A DNA stretch of 64,000 nucleotides from Promethearchaeota archaeon (GTDB lineage Archaea; Asgardarchaeota; Lokiarchaeia; Sigyniarchaeales; SOKP01). Under the pieces are notes generated by a model. The model did not search any database, was not told where the DNA came from, and saw only the letters and a program-made list of their open reading frames with translations. Both the position numbers and the translations under genes were made by a program. The stretch covers positions 1 through 64,000 of the forward strand of contig JAEOUA010000011.1 in NCBI GenBank assembly GCA_016839555.1, given 5' to 3'. This document shows positions 51,878-62,661 of the stretch, one piece after another (the first letter of the stretch is position 1; each line of letters begins with the position of its first letter).

Positions 51878-52438
51878 AATTTTCAATCCTCCACTATTTT
51901 TTTAAATTATTTTAATTTTATTTTCTATTAAATTATTATATCTTAATATAATATTGGACTTTCTTATATATAAATGTATTGGTTTATCTGAGCAATTACA
52001 TGACTACAATCAATTCGACAAAAAGGATCTTTATTGATAGAAAAAAAATTTTTTAGGAGTGGGATTCACCAAATGATCTGATTAAAATATGATATAGAGT
52101 AACAAGGTTTTTGATCTAGTGATAGTTACTTTCTAGTAATCTGAGGAATCTGGTAAACAGATTTCATTGAAAGATTGGAGGAAGAAAAAATAACCATATA
52201 ACAGTAATAATCAGATAAATCAGTTTTTTATATCCACGTTTTTAATATAGATTGCATCTTGGAATAAAAAATATAAGAAAAATTATATTGTTATAGAGTT
52301 AATAAATAGATGAATCTAAAGAATTATTGAAAGAGTATAAGAATTTTAATAATATAATCTTCTCAATAATAACTAAAAATAAGAAATTAATAATTTAAAC
52401 CTTATATAAAGTATATATTAAATTATTTGAAGATTTTT

Positions 52439-53125
52439 ATGAAAAGATCGAAAATTAATGAATTAATGAAAGATACGGTCGAGTTTTTAAGTGAAAATCA
52501 GATTTATTTACCTAAGTTTGCATATTGGACTTTAAAAGAATGGAAATCAAAAGGGAATGAAATTAGAGAAATTATAGATAATCAATTAGGATGGGATATA
52601 AGTGATTATGGGAAAGGAGACTTTTCAAAAATAGGGATAATCCATTTTACTCTAAGAAATGGCAATATTAATAATCCTCAAGCCAGACCGTATTGCGAAA
52701 AGGTCATGGTTATGAGTGAGGGACAAAAGATCCCAATGCATCATCATAGAACGAAAATTGAAGATATAATAAATCGTGGTGGTGGACTTCTTTCAATTCA
52801 ATTATATAATTCGACAGAGGATAATAATTTAGCGAACACTCCAATAACTGTTTTTACTGACGGGATTGAAAGAACTCTTGAACCAGGTGGAATTATTACT
52901 TTAGAACCAGGAGATTCAGTAACATTAAAACCCGAACATTATCATACTTTCTGGGCAGAGAAAGGTCATGGGAAAGTTATTATTGGCGAAGTTTCTACTG
53001 TAAATGATGATTATACAGATAATGTTTTTTTGGAGGACATAAACCGATTTATGGAAATAGATGAAGCTGAAGAGCCTTTATATTTATTATTTGATGATTA
53101 TGAAAAATATTTAAATGTGGTTTAA
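52439..53125 (+). CDS. D-lyxose/D-mannose isomerase family cupin
   Basis: MKRSKIN, LGWDISDYG, PMHHH..KIEDIINRGGG, GEVSTVNDD. Confidence 0.9.
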   Translation: MKRSKINELMKDTVEFLSENQIYLPKFAYWTLKEWKSKGNEIREIIDNQLGWDISDYGKGDFSKIGIIHFTLRNGNINNPQARPYCEKVMVMSEGQKIPMHHHRTKIEDIINRGGGLLSIQLYNSTEDNNLANTPITVFTDGIERTLEPGGIITLEPGDSVTLKPEHYHTFWAEKGHGKVIIGEVSTVNDDYTDNVFLEDINRFMEIDEAEEPLYLLFDDYEKYLNVV

Positions 53126-53137
53126 AGGTTAAAATTT

Positions 53138-55117
53138 ATGATTCAATCAGAAAATCATTATCCATTTAATAAACTCACACCAATTTCAATTTTTAATATC
53201 AAACTAACTGATTCTTTTTGGACAACACGGCAAGAAATAAATAAAATTGTATCGCTTCCGATGATATTAAAAAAATTAGAAAAGGATAATCATATAAATA
53301 ATTTCCGTGTTGCTGCGGGGATAAAAGAAGGAATTCATTTAGGAGACTTTTATTTTGATTCAGATTTATATAAATGGTTAGAAGGGGCATTTTATTTTTC
53401 GAGGTTTCAATTACCCACAAATCTACAAGAAAAAATCAAAGAGATAGTTAATTTAATAGAAAATGCTCAACTTAATGATGGTTATTTAAATACATATTAT
53501 TCCACTAAATTTTTATCGAAAAGATTTACAAATTTATTAATTTTTCATGAATTATATTGCGCAGGTCATCTTTTTGAAGCGGCAGTAGCACAATATGAAA
53601 TGAAGAAGGATTCAAAATTATTACAAGTTGCTATACGATTTGCTGATCTTTTAGTAAAAAAAATTCTTCTAACTGAGACGAAAGACACTTCTGGTCATCC
53701 TGAAATTGAAATGGCGCTTATCAAATTGTATAGATATACAAAAAATGAAAAATATCTAAAACTATGTAAACATCTTATTGATATGAGGGGAAATATCCCC
53801 CATTTTAAGACATATGTTATGAGGAGATTAATTGACGCTCTAAAAACCTTTAATCAAGCAAAAAGAATTAAAAACAACTTCATCAATCAATCTGAGTTAG
53901 ATGAACTTCCAAATGAAGAAACTGCTGAATTTTTAGAGGGTTTTGCAATAAAAGACTGGATGACTTTCCTTCAAGCTAATTTAAATGGAAAGATGTATCA
54001 ATTAAATAAACCCGTCCGGGATGTTTATGAACCGGTGGGACATACTGTTAGAGCATTGTATCTTTATTCTGGTATTGCTGATCTATATTCTCAAATTGGA
54101 GAGAGAGCCTTACTTCATTCACTTGAATTAATTTGGCTAAAAATGGTAAAGGCAAGGATGTACATTACAGGAGGAGTGGGATCAATCAGTCCAACAGAAG
54201 GATTTGATAAAGATTTTAAATTAGAAGCAGAAGATTCATATTCTGAGACATGTGCCGCAATTGCTAATATTATGTGGAATTGGAGAATGTTTCTAATTAC
54301 TGCCAATGGCAAATATACGGATTTAATTGAGAGGCTTATATATAATGCCATGCTTGTGGGTCAATCTTTTGATGGAAAAAAATATTTTTATTCAAATCCT
54401 CTTATTTCTCAAGGAACTGATGAGCGAAAAGAATGGTTTAAATGTCCATGCTGCCCCACTAATTTTATTAGAATGATCCCTACTCTAGAACAATATATCT
54501 ATGCAAAGTCAGAAGAGGAGATTTGGATAAATCAATATATTGGATCTGAAGCAAAAATACATTTAAAGAATGGTGCAGAAGTTATTTTGAATCAAAAAAG
54601 TCGCTTTCCTTGGGAAGGTGAGGTTAATCTTCAAATATCTTTAAATAATAATTCCATATTTTCAATATACCTTAGAATGCCTAACTGGTGCGAAATTAAT
54701 GAAACAGAGATTTATATAAATGACAATAAATATAAGCAGAATCAACCAACTAAAAATTATTTAAAAATCCAAAAACAATGGGTAAATGGAGATCAAATTA
54801 AGCTCATATTCAAAATGAAACCTAAATTAATACAAAGAAATCCTAATATAACAAAAACGAAGGAAGAGTTAGCTATTTCCTATGGACCCTTAATTTACTG
54901 CTTGGAACAAAAAGATAATAAGAAAATAGATATTATGAAAGCTCAAATAGCAAAAAAATCCGAATTAAAAGTAGAAAAAAGTTCTAAATTTATTAATGAT
55001 ATGGCAGCTATAAAAGGAAAATTGAATACTGGAGAAACCTTTACGGCGATCCCCTATTTTGCATGGGGGAATCGGGGTCCAAATAAAATGAGAGTATGGC
55101 TGGAAATTGAGGAATAA
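53138..55117 (+). CDS. glycoside hydrolase family 127 (beta-L-arabinofuranosidase-like)
   Basis: DSDLYKWLEG, HELYCAGH, GHPEIE, GHTVR, YSETCA, CPCCP. Confidence 0.92.
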   Translation: MIQSENHYPFNKLTPISIFNIKLTDSFWTTRQEINKIVSLPMILKKLEKDNHINNFRVAAGIKEGIHLGDFYFDSDLYKWLEGAFYFSRFQLPTNLQEKIKEIVNLIENAQLNDGYLNTYYSTKFLSKRFTNLLIFHELYCAGHLFEAAVAQYEMKKDSKLLQVAIRFADLLVKKILLTETKDTSGHPEIEMALIKLYRYTKNEKYLKLCKHLIDMRGNIPHFKTYVMRRLIDALKTFNQAKRIKNNFINQSELDELPNEETAEFLEGFAIKDWMTFLQANLNGKMYQLNKPVRDVYEPVGHTVRALYLYSGIADLYSQIGERALLHSLELIWLKMVKARMYITGGVGSISPTEGFDKDFKLEAEDSYSETCAAIANIMWNWRMFLITANGKYTDLIERLIYNAMLVGQSFDGKKYFYSNPLISQGTDERKEWFKCPCCPTNFIRMIPTLEQYIYAKSEEEIWINQYIGSEAKIHLKNGAEVILNQKSRFPWEGEVNLQISLNNNSIFSIYLRMPNWCEINETEIYINDNKYKQNQPTKNYLKIQKQWVNGDQIKLIFKMKPKLIQRNPNITKTKEELAISYGPLIYCLEQKDNKKIDIMKAQIAKKSELKVEKSSKFINDMAAIKGKLNTGETFTAIPYFAWGNRGPNKMRVWLEIEE

Positions 55118-55144
55118 AATTTCTCTAAATACCTCAAGATAAAT

Positions 55145-55735
55145 TTATTTATTCTTTTCATTAAAAGGTTTAAATTTCTCGAGTAACAGGCCTGTAATGA
55201 GTTTAAATGCTTCCTCCACATTCTCTCCTGTTTTTGATGAAAGCTCAATATAACCTGCTAAATTATATTTTGAGGCTGCTTTTTTACCTTCTTCTCGAGA
55301 TACATTTCGTTCTTCATCTAAATCGAGTTTGGAACCAATTAACACGATGGGAATATCTCCTTCACTTTTTCGTATAATACTTATCCACTCAGGTAAATGT
55401 TCTAATGTAATTGGTTTTGTGATATCATATAAAAAAAACGCAGAGTTGGCCCCTTTGCAATATTTTGGCAAAAGAAATCTGAAGCGCTTTTCACCTGCAA
55501 AATCCCAAATTTGGAGCCGGACTCTTTTGTCTTCATAGAGAAGAGTTTTATTATAAAAGTCAACACCTATTGTTAACCTTAAATCCTCTAAAAATGAGCC
55601 AGAAATATACTTTATAGTAAGAGATGTTTTTCCTGTAGTACTATCTCCTAAAATTAAATGTTTGAAACGATAATCTTCCATACTTTTCTTATTATTTTTG
55701 TTTTTACAAGTATATTCTTTTAAATTTTTTAACAA
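55145..55735 (-). CDS. Rab-like small GTPase (start may be ATG 55681)
   Basis: GDSTTGKT, TIGVDF, LQIWDFAGE, RFR, SKLD, SSKTGENV. Confidence 0.92.
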   Translation of the reverse strand: MLKNLKEYTCKNKNNKKSMEDYRFKHLILGDSTTGKTSLTIKYISGSFLEDLRLTIGVDFYNKTLLYEDKRVRLQIWDFAGEKRFRFLLPKYCKGANSAFFLYDITKPITLEHLPEWISIIRKSEGDIPIVLIGSKLDLDEERNVSREEGKKAASKYNLAGYIELSSKTGENVEEAFKLITGLLLEKFKPFNEKNK

Positions 55736-55852
55736 CTAAAAAAATATTAGAGATTTTTTTACCAACCATTCAATATAATATAATAGAAATATATATTAAT
55801 TTATTATTGACATAAATTTAAAATTCATTATTTTATTTTTAAAAAATTTTTT

Positions 55853-56521
55853 CTAAAAAATGATTAATAATATATTATAGAAGCCGTGGCATATAATAAC
55901 AATAATTAAAGATTTACGGAATGATAGAAAGATTAATGAGATGATTATTCCTAAGGAAAAATAATAACCAAAATATGTAATTACAGTAGAGATGGGGACT
56001 AAAAATGGAGGAGTATGATATAATGCAAAAATTATGGAAGAAATTATAATACTCGCTCCATACTTAATCTTTTTTTTTAATTTCAAAATTAGAAAGCTCC
56101 GAAAGAAAGCTTCTTCTGATAATGCTACAATGGTTAGCTGTAAAATAATTAAAATAATTACTTGAAGCAAATTGGGTTGCAACACTTCAGTTGATATAGC
56201 ATTAATTTCTGCTTCGCTAACAAAACGTTTTCCAAATAAAATTTCTATTATCACACGAAAAAAGAGAAAAATATATGCCCCTATTAAAAATAAGACTGTT
56301 CCTAAAATCAAACCGATAATAATTTTTAATACTATTTTTAGAACAAAATCTTTAGATAATTTATATCTCTCTGGGTTTAAGAGTAAAATATTTTTAAGTT
56401 GTGTTCTAAGAGATGTTTTTTCAATCTTTGCTGTAATAAAAGCGGGAATGAAAATATATAATAATTCAAGGGGAGTTAATAAGATTAAAATCCATGGATT
56501 TTCTCCAAGTTGAATAGTCAT
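55853..56521 (-). CDS. CPBP/Abi (type II CAAX protease-like) intramembrane protease
   Basis: EEAFFR, FALYH, HGFYN. Confidence 0.88.
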   Translation of the reverse strand: MTIQLGENPWILILLTPLELLYIFIPAFITAKIEKTSLRTQLKNILLLNPERYKLSKDFVLKIVLKIIIGLILGTVLFLIGAYIFLFFRVIIEILFGKRFVSEAEINAISTEVLQPNLLQVIILIILQLTIVALSEEAFFRSFLILKLKKKIKYGASIIISSIIFALYHTPPFLVPISTVITYFGYYFSLGIIISLIFLSFRKSLIIVIICHGFYNILLIIF

Positions 56522-56596
56522 TGTTATATTAAATTTAATGATAATAAATCAAAAAATCAAATAACCCATATGTATTTTTAAAAAAGATAATTTTAT

Positions 56597-57886
56597 TTGT
56601 ATTTAATGCTTTTAGGAGGAAAAAATTTCAGTAAAAAAGAGGAGTTTGTATCTCAATCAGAAGATCACAGAATTCAAAAGAAATTAGGATTAACTAAGGA
56701 AGAACTTTTATCAAAACATTTAAAAAATCTTGCATCTGAATGTAATGAAATCGAATCTTTAAAAAAGAAATTTGTTAATCTACTGATAAAACACGCAGAA
56801 GAATTAAATTTTAACAAATTTATAGAAAATCCGAATTACCATATCAAGGAAGGAGTTCTAAAAAAACAGGTAGAACCATCAAATATTAGAGGACTCAATG
56901 TTGTGAGTATTGACGGTAGTTCCGTGATCAAACGGTTTATGAATATTGACTTTTCTTTTTTAAAAGCCATAGCGGTAAAATATTATTTTCATAAGAATGA
57001 AGAGGCAAAAATTGAATATTTTCCAGATTTAAATGGATTTAACAATTATAACATCAAAGGAAACTTTATTAGTAAGAATGAGCGATATATAGAAGCAAAT
57101 ACCTCCTTAGATATGAATTTCATGGAAATTAAACTATTAAATAATTATATCCAACAATCTTCAGATATTGATATGATTATAATTGATGGTTCTGTGGTTG
57201 TGATGCCTATTAATTTAATCTTTTCTAAAGATCCCTTAATAAGTTATAAATATGACAATCTTTTAAAAGAATATCATAAATTATATGAAAATTGTCAAGA
57301 GAATCGAATAATTTTAATAGGCTCTATAAAAGACACCAGAACGTCAGCATTAAGCCATTTAATTAGAGACACAATACAATATTTAAAGCCAAATCATAAC
57401 CATTTAAGCGATTTTATTAAGATTAATTATCGTCAAATATTTAATTATTTCTCAGATTTAGATTTGTATAATCGTTTATTAAAAAAATATGAAAGAAGTT
57501 GTATCTTTAAATGTAAAAGAGAAATTGATAAAATTCGAGATACAGGAATTAAAAAAGAGATTCCCTATTATTTTCCTTTAGCATTTTATGCCTTTTATTT
57601 AAAGACAGCGAAATATGATTTACCATGTAGAATAGAATTTTTTATGGATGAACATCATAATTTTTCGGAAGCTTCAAGAAAAGCAGATTTAATATCTTCA
57701 ATTCTATTACCCATTTCCTCTTTAAATGAGCATTATGGTCTTCCTATTCCACAAATTGAAGCTCATAGACGAGCGGTATTCAAACCTCAAGAGGTTAATT
57801 TACTATTTAATTCTCTCCATCGTAAATTGAATAATTACGGAATAAATTTAGTAGAAAAAAGAAGAAATAGAAGACCTTTTAAATGA
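56597..57886 (+). CDS. nurA: NurA-family nuclease (start uncertain)
   Basis: VSIDGS, IIIDGS, IGSIKD, RIEF, YGLPIPQIEAH. Confidence 0.8.
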   Translation: MYLMLLGGKNFSKKEEFVSQSEDHRIQKKLGLTKEELLSKHLKNLASECNEIESLKKKFVNLLIKHAEELNFNKFIENPNYHIKEGVLKKQVEPSNIRGLNVVSIDGSSVIKRFMNIDFSFLKAIAVKYYFHKNEEAKIEYFPDLNGFNNYNIKGNFISKNERYIEANTSLDMNFMEIKLLNNYIQQSSDIDMIIIDGSVVVMPINLIFSKDPLISYKYDNLLKEYHKLYENCQENRIILIGSIKDTRTSALSHLIRDTIQYLKPNHNHLSDFIKINYRQIFNYFSDLDLYNRLLKKYERSCIFKCKREIDKIRDTGIKKEIPYYFPLAFYAFYLKTAKYDLPCRIEFFMDEHHNFSEASRKADLISSILLPISSLNEHYGLPIPQIEAHRRAVFKPQEVNLLFNSLHRKLNNYGINLVEKRRNRRPFK

Positions 57887-58547
57887 AAGGAATTTTGAGC
57901 TTGTTTAAAATAATATCTTCAAAAAAGATATGCTTTTTTCTCAGAATCTTATTTTTAAACCCTCTTTTTTTTATAAATTTATTTAATAAATCCAAATCCA
58001 TTCTAGTTGATGTTATATAATATATACATGAATTTGGATTATTATTTAAATAAATTGGAGCAAATTGAAGAAATTTTTTTAAAAGTTCGTATCCTTTTGG
58101 TCCACCATCCCAATTAGTGTCTTTTTTACTGAGAGAATATTTTTCCTTTATATCGAATGAGGGCAAATATGGAGGATTAAAAATCATTATATCAAAAGTG
58201 TTTTTTAGAGAATTTGGGAAAGAGTTAAATAGATCTGAATGAATATATTTTATACTATTTTCAAGATTATTTTCATTTTCATTCATTTTGGCACAATCAA
58301 TTGCCACTTTTAAAATGTCTGAAGCAAATATTTGAATATTAAACTTTTGCTTTTCTTTTATTAATAATGCGAAAAATATAGCAATAATTCCTGTTCCCGT
58401 TCCCATATCAAGGATATTTTTAACATTTTCAAGCGCAGTTTTATTAATAAAAATTTCTTTAAAATAATCCAGAAGAAGATAAGTATCTTCAGAAGGACTA
58501 TAGACATCTTTAGTGATGTATTTTATAATAGGATCTTGAAAATTCAT
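57879..58547 (-). CDS. HemK2/Mtq2-family release factor methyltransferase
   Basis: VYSPSEDTYLL, LDMGTGTG, FNPPY, WDGG. Confidence 0.9.
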   Translation of the reverse strand: MNFQDPIIKYITKDVYSPSEDTYLLLDYFKEIFINKTALENVKNILDMGTGTGIIAIFFALLIKEKQKFNIQIFASDILKVAIDCAKMNENENNLENSIKYIHSDLFNSFPNSLKNTFDIMIFNPPYLPSFDIKEKYSLSKKDTNWDGGPKGYELLKKFLQFAPIYLNNNPNSCIYYITSTRMDLDLLNKFIKKRGFKNKILRKKHIFFEDIILNKLKIPFI

Positions 58548-58548
58548 C

Positions 58549-59409
58549 TTAATGGTTATATTGTTTTATTAAATCAAATGTTATTTCAGCTAAAGGAGGA
58601 AATTCCTCAAAATTAAATTGAGATAGTTTTTTATTTTGAATATTATTATATTCTAAATGCCCGTTAATTGCTCGTTTTTGAATATTAAGTTTTGGATATT
58701 GATTTTTTAAAAATAATTCTATGGCATTTATTATATTTTTATTTTTATAAGGCATTATTCCAGCAATAAATTCGAGGAAAAATTGTTGTTTTGAATCTTG
58801 GGTTAAAAAAGGATGAATGGAAGCTTTAGGTCTAATTTTAATTAATGAAAGTTTAATATTTGGTCTTGGATAAAACGCATTTTGAGGGATATTCAGCTGT
58901 GTAATAGGTTGCATGAAAGAATTGACTGTGACTGAAATTCGAGAAAAGTTTTTATAATTTTTTTTAGCAAAGATTCTATCTGCGATTTTTTTTTCAATAA
59001 TTAAAATTCCTTCTGGTGGATTGGAGTGAAAAAAAATTTTCTCAAAAAGTGGTCCAGTAATAGAATAGGGGGGATTTGATACAACTTTGTGATGCGGTGG
59101 TAATTCTGCTTTCAGAACATCTTTTTTTATTAGTTCAATATTGGGTACTTTTGTATATTTCCTTTTCAGGTATTTATAAAGAATAGGATCTAGTTCATAG
59201 GCATAAATCACTTTTGCTTTTTGAATGAGTTGATCAGTTAGAGTTCCTAATCCAGCTCCAATTTCCAAAACAATATCATTCTTAGAAAGATTAGATAATG
59301 TAATTATTTTCTTTAAAATGTATTCGTCAATTAAAAAATTTTGGCCTAATCTTTTTTTAGGAATGAAGTTTTTTTGGGCAAAAAGAAGCTCAATTTCTTC
59401 TTTATTCAT
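58549..59409 (-). CDS. rsmA: 16S rRNA dimethyladenosine transferase
   Basis: LGQNFL, LEIGAGLG.LT, SNPPYSIT. Confidence 0.93.
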   Translation of the reverse strand: MNKEEIELLFAQKNFIPKKRLGQNFLIDEYILKKIITLSNLSKNDIVLEIGAGLGTLTDQLIQKAKVIYAYELDPILYKYLKRKYTKVPNIELIKKDVLKAELPPHHKVVSNPPYSITGPLFEKIFFHSNPPEGILIIEKKIADRIFAKKNYKNFSRISVTVNSFMQPITQLNIPQNAFYPRPNIKLSLIKIRPKASIHPFLTQDSKQQFFLEFIAGIMPYKNKNIINAIELFLKNQYPKLNIQKRAINGHLEYNNIQNKKLSQFNFEEFPPLAEITFDLIKQYNH

Positions 59410-59423
59410 CGTAAATAAAAAAT

Positions 59424-60086
59424 CTACTCATATCTTTTCGTTTTACTAAACAAATAGTATTTTATCCCTTCTCTTTGTAATTCTTTAATAATCCTTAAAG
59501 CAATTTGTTTTGCGGGATTTGAAATACTTGTTCGATCAGAAATATCTTGAAAAGTGACAAACTCAACTTTTCTCGATTCAAGAATTTCCCACATATGCTT
59601 TTGACCTATTCCTGGAATTAATTTCAGTGCATGCAAACGGGGTGTAATTGATGTTGATTTATTAAAGAAGGTAATGAACATTTCTTCATAATTTTGAATT
59701 TCCTTTTCTAATAATGGTTGGATTAAAGCTTTTGAAGTATTAGTCAAGTCATCGTAATCAATCTTTCTCAAAACTTTCCCAAGTTTATTATTATTTAGAA
59801 AATTTTCATATATATCTTTTTCTTGGACTTTAATATCAGATTCTCTATTAAATTCTACTTCATAGAGTACAAAATCAGGAAAAGTTAAAACTTGGGCCAG
59901 AGGTTTTTTTGCCCAGCTGGGCTTTGTATCATCTAAATGCCCATGCGGCAAGAGATCTAATATAATTACTTCTCGTTCTCTCTTTATAAATTGTTTTTTC
60001 TTGTAAGGTTTTTTTCTTCGATAGGATCCATTGTATGGTCTTCGATTTCTTCGATCTCTTGATCTTCTCGGGTCCATTTTTATCAA
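59424..60086 (-). CDS. DUF655 family putative RNA-binding protein
   Basis: LDLLPHG, FFN....TPRLHAL.LIPGIG; sits between rpoF and rsmA. Confidence 0.9.
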   Translation of the reverse strand: MIKMDPRRSRDRRNRRPYNGSYRRKKPYKKKQFIKREREVIILDLLPHGHLDDTKPSWAKKPLAQVLTFPDFVLYEVEFNRESDIKVQEKDIYENFLNNNKLGKVLRKIDYDDLTNTSKALIQPLLEKEIQNYEEMFITFFNKSTSITPRLHALKLIPGIGQKHMWEILESRKVEFVTFQDISDRTSISNPAKQIALRIIKELQREGIKYYLFSKTKRYE

Positions 60087-60265
60087 TAATATACAATTTA
60101 TTTATAAAATTCATATATCAATTTTATTTGTATAAAATTCAATATTAAATTAGGAAATCATTTAAAAAATAACTTTAAACTAATTTATTTCTCAATATTA
60201 GAAATATATGAAATTATACTTAAAAATTATATACTCAACTTATGACTACTTTCAAGGGATTATCC

Positions 60266-60628
60266 TTAACCCTTAATTTCCTCGATTGTATAAAGAATTT
60301 CTTGAAGTTGCTCGTCAACTAGACTTTTACCAAACGCACTTTTCTCTAGAATCATTCGAAGTTCTGGCACAGTTTTTGGATCAATATTCACTATATTTAT
60401 AGCATATAAATCTTCAATTTCATATTTATTGATGAGAATTTCCTTTATTTTAATTGCATCTTTATGAGACATTTTCGAAAAAGTATTGACATAATCATAA
60501 GTAATTTCTTGGAAATGAGACATTCCTGCTTCCTCATCTATCTCCTCCATTTTTTCCTTTACATTTTCCATAATTTTTTTTACTTCCGGAATAGAAACCG
60601 ATTTTTCCCCTTTCCTCTCGTCTACCAT
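60266..60628 (-). CDS. rpoF: RNA polymerase subunit F (Rpo4)
   Basis: VSIPEVK, YDYVNTFSK, IVNIDPKTVPELR; conserved position. Confidence 0.9.
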   Translation of the reverse strand: MVDERKGEKSVSIPEVKKIMENVKEKMEEIDEEAGMSHFQEITYDYVNTFSKMSHKDAIKIKEILINKYEIEDLYAINIVNIDPKTVPELRMILEKSAFGKSLVDEQLQEILYTIEEIKG

Positions 60629-60659
60629 ATATAATTACCCTTATTATTTGCTTTTATTT

Positions 60660-60965
60660 TCAAGTTGATTTGATATTTAAACCGCGTAAATGTTCTTTCC
60701 CAATTATTAACATTTTCTTTGACTTTCCCAAGGAAACTTCTACTTCATAACATCTTCCCCGCATTCCTATAATGGTTCCTGTCTTCCCATAATAGCGGCG
60801 ATGCGGTAATCCACGCTTATGTTGTGCGGGATCTCCAATAATCGCAACTTTTTCACCGATTTCATAATCAATTAAATACTTATCAATCGGATTTTGACCG
60901 CGCATTCGGGGAGATTTTCGATAAACTGATCTCGTCTTGCCACGATAACCCTTGTGTAAAGCCAT
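60660..60965 (-). CDS. rpl21e: 50S ribosomal protein L21e
   Basis: KGYRGKTR, GLPHRRYYGKTG, EHL. Confidence 0.95.
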   Translation of the reverse strand: MALHKGYRGKTRSVYRKSPRMRGQNPIDKYLIDYEIGEKVAIIGDPAQHKRGLPHRRYYGKTGTIIGMRGRCYEVEVSLGKSKKMLIIGKEHLRGLNIKST

Positions 60966-61296
60966 TTTGAGCACAATCTTGTACTTTTTTTTACTATCTT
61001 TTTTAATTAATTATGGTTTTTTTACTTTTTGGTTTTTATTATAATCTTTTTTATTCCTGGTTTGATTTGTGATTTCAAGGTCTAATTTTTAATTGTGATT
61101 ACTTCAGTAGAAGGGTCTGTTATTATACTCTTTTAACCTTTAGATATATTCCATTAGAGGCTTATGATTATTTGATTTAGGTATTACTATATTATTGTCA
61201 TTTAAAAAATTCTTAAACACCATACAGAATAATTTAGTTTGTAAATAAATGTGCAAAATAATAAATTTTATATTTTTTAGTTTGAAGAATATAAAC

Positions 61297-62559
61297 ATGA
61301 AAAAAATAACTGGAGTAGATATCTTAGAGGACGAAATTAAAGAGAACTTAACGACACGAAATATTTATGAAATTTTTAATAATTTCATTATTCCTCTTAT
61401 CAGTGAAGAAGAACGAGATTTTTTAGAGAATGTTGAGGATTTTTTAATCAAAAAATTAGAGCCAAAAATAGATCTTAATAAGGATGTATATCCTCTTTTT
61501 CCTATTTTAGGGAAGAAAAATTATATTCAAAGATTAAATCAATACGGAGATACAGAGAGATTTGGGATGCGATATGAGATGCTATTAGCAATGGCGACCT
61601 CCATCATGGACCCAGAACTTGATTTAGCACGAGTAGTTTCAGGAGACATTTTTGCAAATCCTTTATTCCTGCATGGAAAAGGAGAACATATAGCTGAAGT
61701 TTTGGATAATGTAATGTCTGGTGAAAAAATTGGGTGTCTTTGTATTACTGAGAGAGAACACGGTTGCGATGCGGTAAATATGCAAACTACCATAGAAGAA
61801 TATGAAGATCATCTCATTCTCAACGGAGAAAAGGTTTATACTTCCAATGGTCCTATTGGAGACTATTTTCTGGTATTTGGAGTGTCCAATAAAAATGATC
61901 CTCGTGGTTCCATGTATCAAATTATAGCTGAGCGAGAAATGGAAGGAATCGAGGTCAATCGATTAGGCATTCAATCTATCCCTAGAGTTCAGGTAGGTCA
62001 GACAATATTCAATTCGGTAAAGATTCCAAAACAAAATGTTCTCGCAGCAAGAGGGCAAGGGTATAAGAATCTTTTTTCGGGATTAGTAGCGGAAAGAGAT
62101 GCGATAATAGGCTCAAGTCTGGGGATCGGTTGGTTGACAGCTATCACAGCATTGATATATACTAACCTTCATACACAATTTGGAAGACCAATTTATGATT
62201 TTCAAGCAGTCTCCTTTCCTATTGCAAAATTATTTACAGAACTTATGGCTGCCACGGAACTGGGATTTAAATCAGCATCGGAATATAGAAAAACTTTAAA
62301 ATATAGTGATCCAAAATTTATTAAATATAATGCCGCATTCAGCTCGGGAACAAAATTTCTTGCGTCAAATCTAGCCTATAAAATATCATACGAAACCCAA
62401 CAATTATGTGGAGGTATTGCATTTACAGATAATCTTCGTATTGATAAAGCGCTTGAAGTCTCTAAAGTTCAAGAAATCATTGGAGGTGCACGAAATATTC
62501 AATTATATTTAGTAAGCCGTGGAATAAGAGATATTGTGAAAAGATTAGCACTGCTTTAA
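61297..62559 (+). CDS. acyl-CoA dehydrogenase family protein
   Basis: LCITEREHGCD, LNGEKVYTSNG, QFGRPIYDFQAV, QLCGG, IIGG. Confidence 0.88.
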   Translation: MKKITGVDILEDEIKENLTTRNIYEIFNNFIIPLISEEERDFLENVEDFLIKKLEPKIDLNKDVYPLFPILGKKNYIQRLNQYGDTERFGMRYEMLLAMATSIMDPELDLARVVSGDIFANPLFLHGKGEHIAEVLDNVMSGEKIGCLCITEREHGCDAVNMQTTIEEYEDHLILNGEKVYTSNGPIGDYFLVFGVSNKNDPRGSMYQIIAEREMEGIEVNRLGIQSIPRVQVGQTIFNSVKIPKQNVLAARGQGYKNLFSGLVAERDAIIGSSLGIGWLTAITALIYTNLHTQFGRPIYDFQAVSFPIAKLFTELMAATELGFKSASEYRKTLKYSDPKFIKYNAAFSSGTKFLASNLAYKISYETQQLCGGIAFTDNLRIDKALEVSKVQEIIGGARNIQLYLVSRGIRDIVKRLALL

Positions 62560-62661
62560 CATCTTTATTTGAAATTATAACTTATATGATAAGTGAATTT
62601 ACGATTCTTGGGAAAATTTTTAGTGTTAAGATTAATAACTTCATGCGACATTTGGTATTCG

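Noticed and set aside
52070-52150. Possible C/D-box sRNA (ATGATA...CTGA)
   Set aside because: Boxes are degenerate and expected by chance in AT-rich DNA; no target identified
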